DNA of 39,720 nucleotides from a virus (Duplodnaviria; Heunggongvirae; Uroviricota; Caudoviricetes): IMG/VR virus record IMGVR_UViG_2706794676_000012; one strand, 5' to 3'. Shown piece by piece: positions 35,918 to 39,720 of this stretch (position 1 is its first letter; each line of letters starts with the position of its first letter). The notes under the pieces were generated by a model. It saw only the letters and a program-made list of their open reading frames with translations, ran no database searches and was not told where the DNA came from. The position numbers and the translations under genes were made by a program.

Positions 35918-38005
35918 TCAGGCCAGCGGATCACTTTCTTTTAATTTCGCTTCGAGCAGTTGCAATCCCCGCTGGAAATTACGCTCGTATTCTTCATCAG
36001 GTTCATCGTCAGCGACCGGTTGCTGAACGGTCACCGTATTACCCACAGGGCGGTATATGTTTTCCAGCCAGGGCTCCTGCGGCTTGTGCTCCAGCACGTT
36101 GACAACCTCATCCTCGGCATCACGGATTTTTTCCTCTGCGCGTTTACGCATGCCTTTAAGGCGCTGCTGCTGTTTGTAGTATTCCGCGCTGACAGGGAAG
36201 GCTTCGCGTTTATTGCCGTCCCATACCGCCTCGCAAATCACGCTGCCATCCGGGCGGCGCACGGTAATTCGTTCGGCATCATGAATGTCATAGCTGATAA
36301 GTACCTTACGGCCATGCTCGTCACGCAGCTCGGGCGCGTAGTAAATATTATTCAGCCAGCGTATTTCACAGCGTCTTACAGGGCGCTCCACCATCGGCCG
36401 GAACATATCCCGCAGTTCAACATCGGACAGCCATTCAATTTCCGTGTCCTCTTCCGCCAGGCGTTTTTTTCTGAACTCCGCCGGGCTGTAATGTTTACCG
36501 TTCGGCTTCATGGGTAATTCATCGTGCGGCCGGTTGTTGTACCACTCAACACCGTCACGAATGGCATCAATCAGTTCAGACCAGGACGGTAAATCACGCA
36601 TCGCTGACTGCTGCCGGGCGTTCAGCCGTTTGCCCTGTTGCAGGGCACTGAATGCCGAGCGTAAATCGCGGTTGGTTTTACGTAACGTCTCGCGATCTGC
36701 TCCTTTCCCGAAATAGGTGCGGTATTTACGGGCTATGCGCATCGGTAATGTGCGGTTAAGCCGTTCGATAATGCCCCGTCCCTGCGGATTACCGGCAATC
36801 CCTGTCGGGTGATTAATCCCCAGTCGTGGCAGTATCCCCACAATCTCCTTATCCAGGACGTCGGCGGTTTCCCCGGAGCCATTATCCGAGTAATACAGAA
36901 ACGGTTTGCCATGATGGCGAATACCGTGCTGTATGGCACCGGCTACGGCGAAAACATTTTCAGCCAGGTCAAGGCTCCAGCCCACCACAAAGCGCGTGCC
37001 ACCGTCGATAACAAAGGTCACTTCCGGTGCGAATGGCCGCCCGTGAACCGGGTGCGCGCATTTCAGCTTCATGCCGTGACCGTCACCAATCCAGACATAA
37101 TTCACCGGCATTCTGGACCAGTCGCGGCGCGTGAATCCCTCAAGCTGACGGTATTCACTGCCAGTTACCCGGCCTTTTTGTTTCACCACTTCCGGCAGTT
37201 TCTTCATTGCGCGGCGAATGGTGTCATAAGAGGGCATGATATCGAGCATATAAGGCTCATCAGCGTGCCGGTGCTGCCATTCAGCAACAAAATCCTCGTA
37301 AGCCTCGGTCATTGGTCGGCCGTTTGACTGGCGATACTGCGCCAGAAATTCGGGCAGCCAGTTAATATCTTCGGCTTTTATTTCCTGGCGTTTACCCGGT
37401 GCCAGTAAAAGCAGGCGTTCAGCGGCGTTCTGTGCCTTGTTAAAGGCCGCAATCCAGCGTTTCAGCGTGATTTCACTCAACGCGCGGCTGTTTCCCTTTT
37501 TGGCGTTCGCCGTCTCAACCATTGCCACAATGCGCTCGTCCAGTTGTGATCGTGCCAGGCTGTTAACGAGGAACCGGATAGCTTTAGCGCAGCTGAAACC
37601 GGGTTGTTGCGTGAATTTCAGCACCTCACTGACGATCGCAATGCGTGCGTCTGCCACCTGGCGCTGGTTTTCAGTCAGGGCATTGAGGCGTTCGACCATC
37701 AGTTGTGGTGATCCGCGATATGCCTCCACCGCATCAACCACGGCAGACGAGCGTCTGGCCTTTGTCACCACCGGAGCCGGTGATTCATCGGCTTTTTGCG
37801 TCATCAGTTGCAGGGCATAACGTTCGCGTAATGCCTGCTGTGTCACTTCAGGTAAACAGTCAATGCTGTATTCAAAACCTTTAGCGCCTTTCTTGCGGCG
37901 TCTGCTGGTTTCGCTGGTTGCATACTTCCTGATTGAATAGCGAACGCCTTGCTCCGTTCCCGGCATCCCCGGTAATCCAACCAGTTCTTTAACTGAAGCA
38001 AACAT
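35918..38005 (-). CDS. A: DDE transposase A (MuA-like)
   Basis: 695 aa; position between ner and B; size matches MuA. Confidence 0.9.
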   Translation of the reverse strand: MFASVKELVGLPGMPGTEQGVRYSIRKYATSETSRRRKKGAKGFEYSIDCLPEVTQQALRERYALQLMTQKADESPAPVVTKARRSSAVVDAVEAYRGSPQLMVERLNALTENQRQVADARIAIVSEVLKFTQQPGFSCAKAIRFLVNSLARSQLDERIVAMVETANAKKGNSRALSEITLKRWIAAFNKAQNAAERLLLLAPGKRQEIKAEDINWLPEFLAQYRQSNGRPMTEAYEDFVAEWQHRHADEPYMLDIMPSYDTIRRAMKKLPEVVKQKGRVTGSEYRQLEGFTRRDWSRMPVNYVWIGDGHGMKLKCAHPVHGRPFAPEVTFVIDGGTRFVVGWSLDLAENVFAVAGAIQHGIRHHGKPFLYYSDNGSGETADVLDKEIVGILPRLGINHPTGIAGNPQGRGIIERLNRTLPMRIARKYRTYFGKGADRETLRKTNRDLRSAFSALQQGKRLNARQQSAMRDLPSWSELIDAIRDGVEWYNNRPHDELPMKPNGKHYSPAEFRKKRLAEEDTEIEWLSDVELRDMFRPMVERPVRRCEIRWLNNIYYAPELRDEHGRKVLISYDIHDAERITVRRPDGSVICEAVWDGNKREAFPVSAEYYKQQQRLKGMRKRAEEKIRDAEDEVVNVLEHKPQEPWLENIYRPVGNTVTVQQPVADDEPDEEYERNFQRGLQLLEAKLKESDPLA

Positions 38006-38007
38006 AA

Positions 38008-38238
38008 TTACGCGACCTTACGAATGTAGCGGCTGGGCCAAATCTCCTCGGGCGGCACCCCCAGGCATTCCGCGATAATCCCCTCATACTTGGGAACATG
38101 GCGGTATACCGCGTTGTACAGATTGTTCTGACCCACGCCAGCTTTACGGGCCAGCGCCCTCATGCTTCCTTCTCTGGCTCTGACTTCCCCCAAAATTCTT
38201 TGAGGATGCCAATCAGGCTTAACTTCATTTCTCGCCAT
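38008..38238 (-). CDS. ner: Ner-like DNA-binding regulator
   Basis: 76 aa ...DWHPQRILGEVRAREGSMRALARKAGVGQNNLYNAVYRHVPKYEGIIAECLGVPPEEIWPSRY... matches Ner/Nlp family motifs. Confidence 0.9.
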   Translation of the reverse strand: MARNEVKPDWHPQRILGEVRAREGSMRALARKAGVGQNNLYNAVYRHVPKYEGIIAECLGVPPEEIWPSRYIRKVA

Positions 38239-38269
38239 GATTCATCTATCCTAAAAAGTTACGAAATTT

Positions 38270-38369
38270 GATAACTAAACTTAGTTATCAAGTTTGATAT
38301 AAGTATTGATCCACTTCTGCTTCATGTAAAGCAAAAAAAACATCTTTCTTTTGTCTATTGTGGATCAAT
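38270..38369. promoter_or_regulatory. Operator / divergent promoter region between ner and repressor
   Basis: Perfect dyad GATAACTAA-AC-TTAGTTATC (38270-38289); second inverted pair ATTGATCCAC (38305-38314) and GTGGATCAAT (38360-38369) 45 bp apart; AT-rich. Confidence 0.5.
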
Positions 38370-38423
38370 GGTTGCTGACAACACTAAAAGTTAATAATTT
38401 CAAATTGATAGGAAGAAAAGAAA

Positions 38424-38969
38424 ATGAACAAGCAAACAACAACATCTCTTTCTTTTCCTGGTGGTAGAAAAGAAAGCATTGCTGAGCGTCTGAAAAGGCT
38501 GATTGGCTCCCGCAGCGTCAGAGCTGCAGCAAGAGATTGGGGGCTTTCATTTTCAACACTAAACAATTATCTGTCTCGTGGCACTGAGCCATCCTTAAGT
38601 GTCGCCCTTCAGATTGCGTCTATCGAAGGAGTAAGTGTTGAGTGGCTATGTGGATTCAGTGATGCATCACAAGTGAATCGGTGTGAGATCAAGGAAAATC
38701 AAGATGAAAGCAAGAAGATAATTATGACGATTATCAGCGCACTTGATGAAAAAGACTTAGAGCAGCTATCGAAAAATTTGGTTCTGAATGGAGCCAAGTA
38801 CTTAGCTCGGTTGTTAGAGCCTGAAAATCAAGATCTAATCCGCTTAGAAGGAAGGAAAAGAATAGCTGCATTACAGCTTGAAGGTATGTCTGACGAACGC
38901 GTCAGAGAGATTTTGGAAGAAACTGAGAGAAGTCGCAAATCTAACGCGGTAGAACCAAAAGCGGGTTAA
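38424..38969 (+). CDS. Prophage repressor with XRE/Cro-type helix-turn-helix
   Basis: 181 aa; helix-turn-helix in IAERLKRLIGSRSVRAAARDWGLSFSTLNNYLSRG; divergent from ner across the operator region, at the genetic left end as for Mu c. Confidence 0.75.
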   Translation: MNKQTTTSLSFPGGRKESIAERLKRLIGSRSVRAAARDWGLSFSTLNNYLSRGTEPSLSVALQIASIEGVSVEWLCGFSDASQVNRCEIKENQDESKKIIMTIISALDEKDLEQLSKNLVLNGAKYLARLLEPENQDLIRLEGRKRIAALQLEGMSDERVREILEETERSRKSNAVEPKAG

Positions 38970-38989
38970 TAGCATTAGCCCGCATTTTG
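38961..38989 (+). terminator. Hairpin terminator candidate downstream of the repressor gene
   Basis: GCGGGTTAAT (38961-38970) AGC ATTAGCCCGC (38974-38983), 9/10 complementary, followed by ATTTT; contains the repressor stop codon. Confidence 0.4.
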
Positions 38990-39042
38990 CACTATATCGA
39001 GTATTTCGCATTGTTTGGAACGCCTTAAAAGACTAAAACCAC

Positions 39043-39198
39043 AGTATCAAATGAGTTGCCGATTTTATAATAAATGACTAATTATTGCACAATCGGTATC
39101 AAATAGACCTTATCCGCACATCTAGCCATCACCTGTTTTATTTCAGTATCTTACAGGTGATTTCACCTCCTTTCACTAAACCCCTTGTCGGTATCAAA
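39043..39198 (-). repeat. Phage left-end (attL-like) transposase-binding-like repeats
   Basis: GTATCAAA at 39043-39051, 39095-39103 and 39190-39198; one terminal site and two internal sites 90-150 bp in, as for Mu L1/L2/L3. Confidence 0.6.
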
Positions 39199-39202
39199 TG
39201 AT

Positions 39203-39526
39203 TCACCTGGTTATATGTCGCCAGTCGATACCTTCCAGCAGCATCGCCAGCTGCGCCTGTGTAAGGAACACTTTGCCATCACGGGCTGACGGCCAGGCGA
39301 AGCGCCCACGCTCCAGCCGTTTGGTCAGGAGGCACAGTCCGTCACTGGTGGACCACAGCAGTTTAACCTGACTGCCGCTGCGGCCCCGGAAAATGAAAAC
39401 ATGGCCGGACATGGGATCGTCTTTCAGCGCCGTCTGTACTTTCGCAGCCAGGCCGTTGAAGCCATTTCTCATATCGGTGATACCGGCAACCAGCCAAATT
39501 TTGATCCCGGAAGGTAACGGGATCAT
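39203..39526 (-). CDS. IS66-family Orf2 (TnpB), apparently truncated at its 3' end by the prophage
   Basis: MIPLPSGIKIWLVAGITDMRNGFNGLAAKV...GLCLLTKRLERGRFAWP...LLEGIDWR; ATGA overlap with upstream tnpA; its stop TGA (39203-39205) coincides with the predicted prophage terminus. Confidence 0.8.
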   Translation of the reverse strand: MIPLPSGIKIWLVAGITDMRNGFNGLAAKVQTALKDDPMSGHVFIFRGRSGSQVKLLWSTSDGLCLLTKRLERGRFAWPSARDGKVFLTQAQLAMLLEGIDWRHITR

Positions 39527-39720
39527 CGCTTCAGTTCCTGTATCAGCAGAGTCAGGAGCTTTTCGCTGACATTGCCATTGAAGCGGAGCGTCCCGTGCCG
39601 GAACGTTACCTCACAGCTGATACTGAGGGTTTTCGGGTCCTCTGCGAGCGATTCTGGCTGTTCGGCAGCTGCATCGAGAGTCACAGGAAGTAGCTGGGGG
39701 CTCTCTGAAGAAGGTAATAG
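39523..39720 (-). CDS. IS66-family Orf1 (TnpA), C-terminal part (5' end outside window)
   Basis: Open frame from window edge to TGA at 39523-39525 overlapping tnpB ATG. Confidence 0.6.
   Translation of the reverse strand, partial: LLPSSESPQLLPVTLDAAAEQPESLAEDPKTLSISCEVTFRHGTLRFNGNVSEKLLTLLIQELKR

Larger units (their letters stand above)
546..39205 (-). mobile_element. Mu-like transposable prophage (boundaries approximate; genetic left end at window right)
   Basis: Colinear Mu gene order on minus strand (ner, DDE transposase A, AAA+ B, gam, C, lysis, terminase, portal, F, G, I, T, sheath, tube, tape measure, N, P, baseplate, tail fiber, gin, com, mom). Clustered TTTGATAC(C) transposase-binding-like repeats in inverted orientation near both ends. 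Right boundary placed at CA 39204-39205; left boundary 546 is a guess. Confidence 0.85.

Noticed and set aside
1-39720. CRISPR arrays, integrase-type att sites, retron or reverse transcriptase
   Set aside because: No regularly spaced direct repeats and no tyrosine integrase or RT-like ORF; the element moves by a DDE transposase, so an integrase is not expected.

Overview
The window is almost entirely one Mu-like transposable prophage of about 38.7 kb (approx. 546..39205), lying inverted so that its genetic left end is at the right of the window. All calls come from reading the sequence and ORF translations by eye; no homology search was run. Gene order on the minus strand is colinear with phage Mu: XRE-type repressor (plus strand), ner, A transposase, B ATPase, an AT-rich early accessory region (kil-like, gam, many unknown ORFs, gemA), C activator, lysis cassette, terminase, portal, head, sheath, tube, tape measure, baseplate, tail fiber, gin, com and mom. 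The prophage is flanked by non-contiguous pieces of an IS66-family element: tnpA-tnpB on the right and a C-terminal tnpC fragment on the left. The most interesting candidates for undescribed biology are two cargo regions. One is a 3.4 kb island between gin and com/mom carrying a SASA/NanS-like esterase, a small membrane protein, an acidic protein and a promoter-terminator unit that looks like a small antisense RNA. The other is an AT-rich early-region module with a zinc-ribbon peptide translationally coupled to a 98-aa protein, next to a convergent 79-aa gene. Also notable are a Gin-invertible tail-fiber segment with a chaperone in only one orientation, and a tRNA-like acceptor/T-arm element between head genes F and G. 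Six N-runs of about 250 bp interrupt several genes and do not preserve reading frame, so some gene boundaries are approximate.
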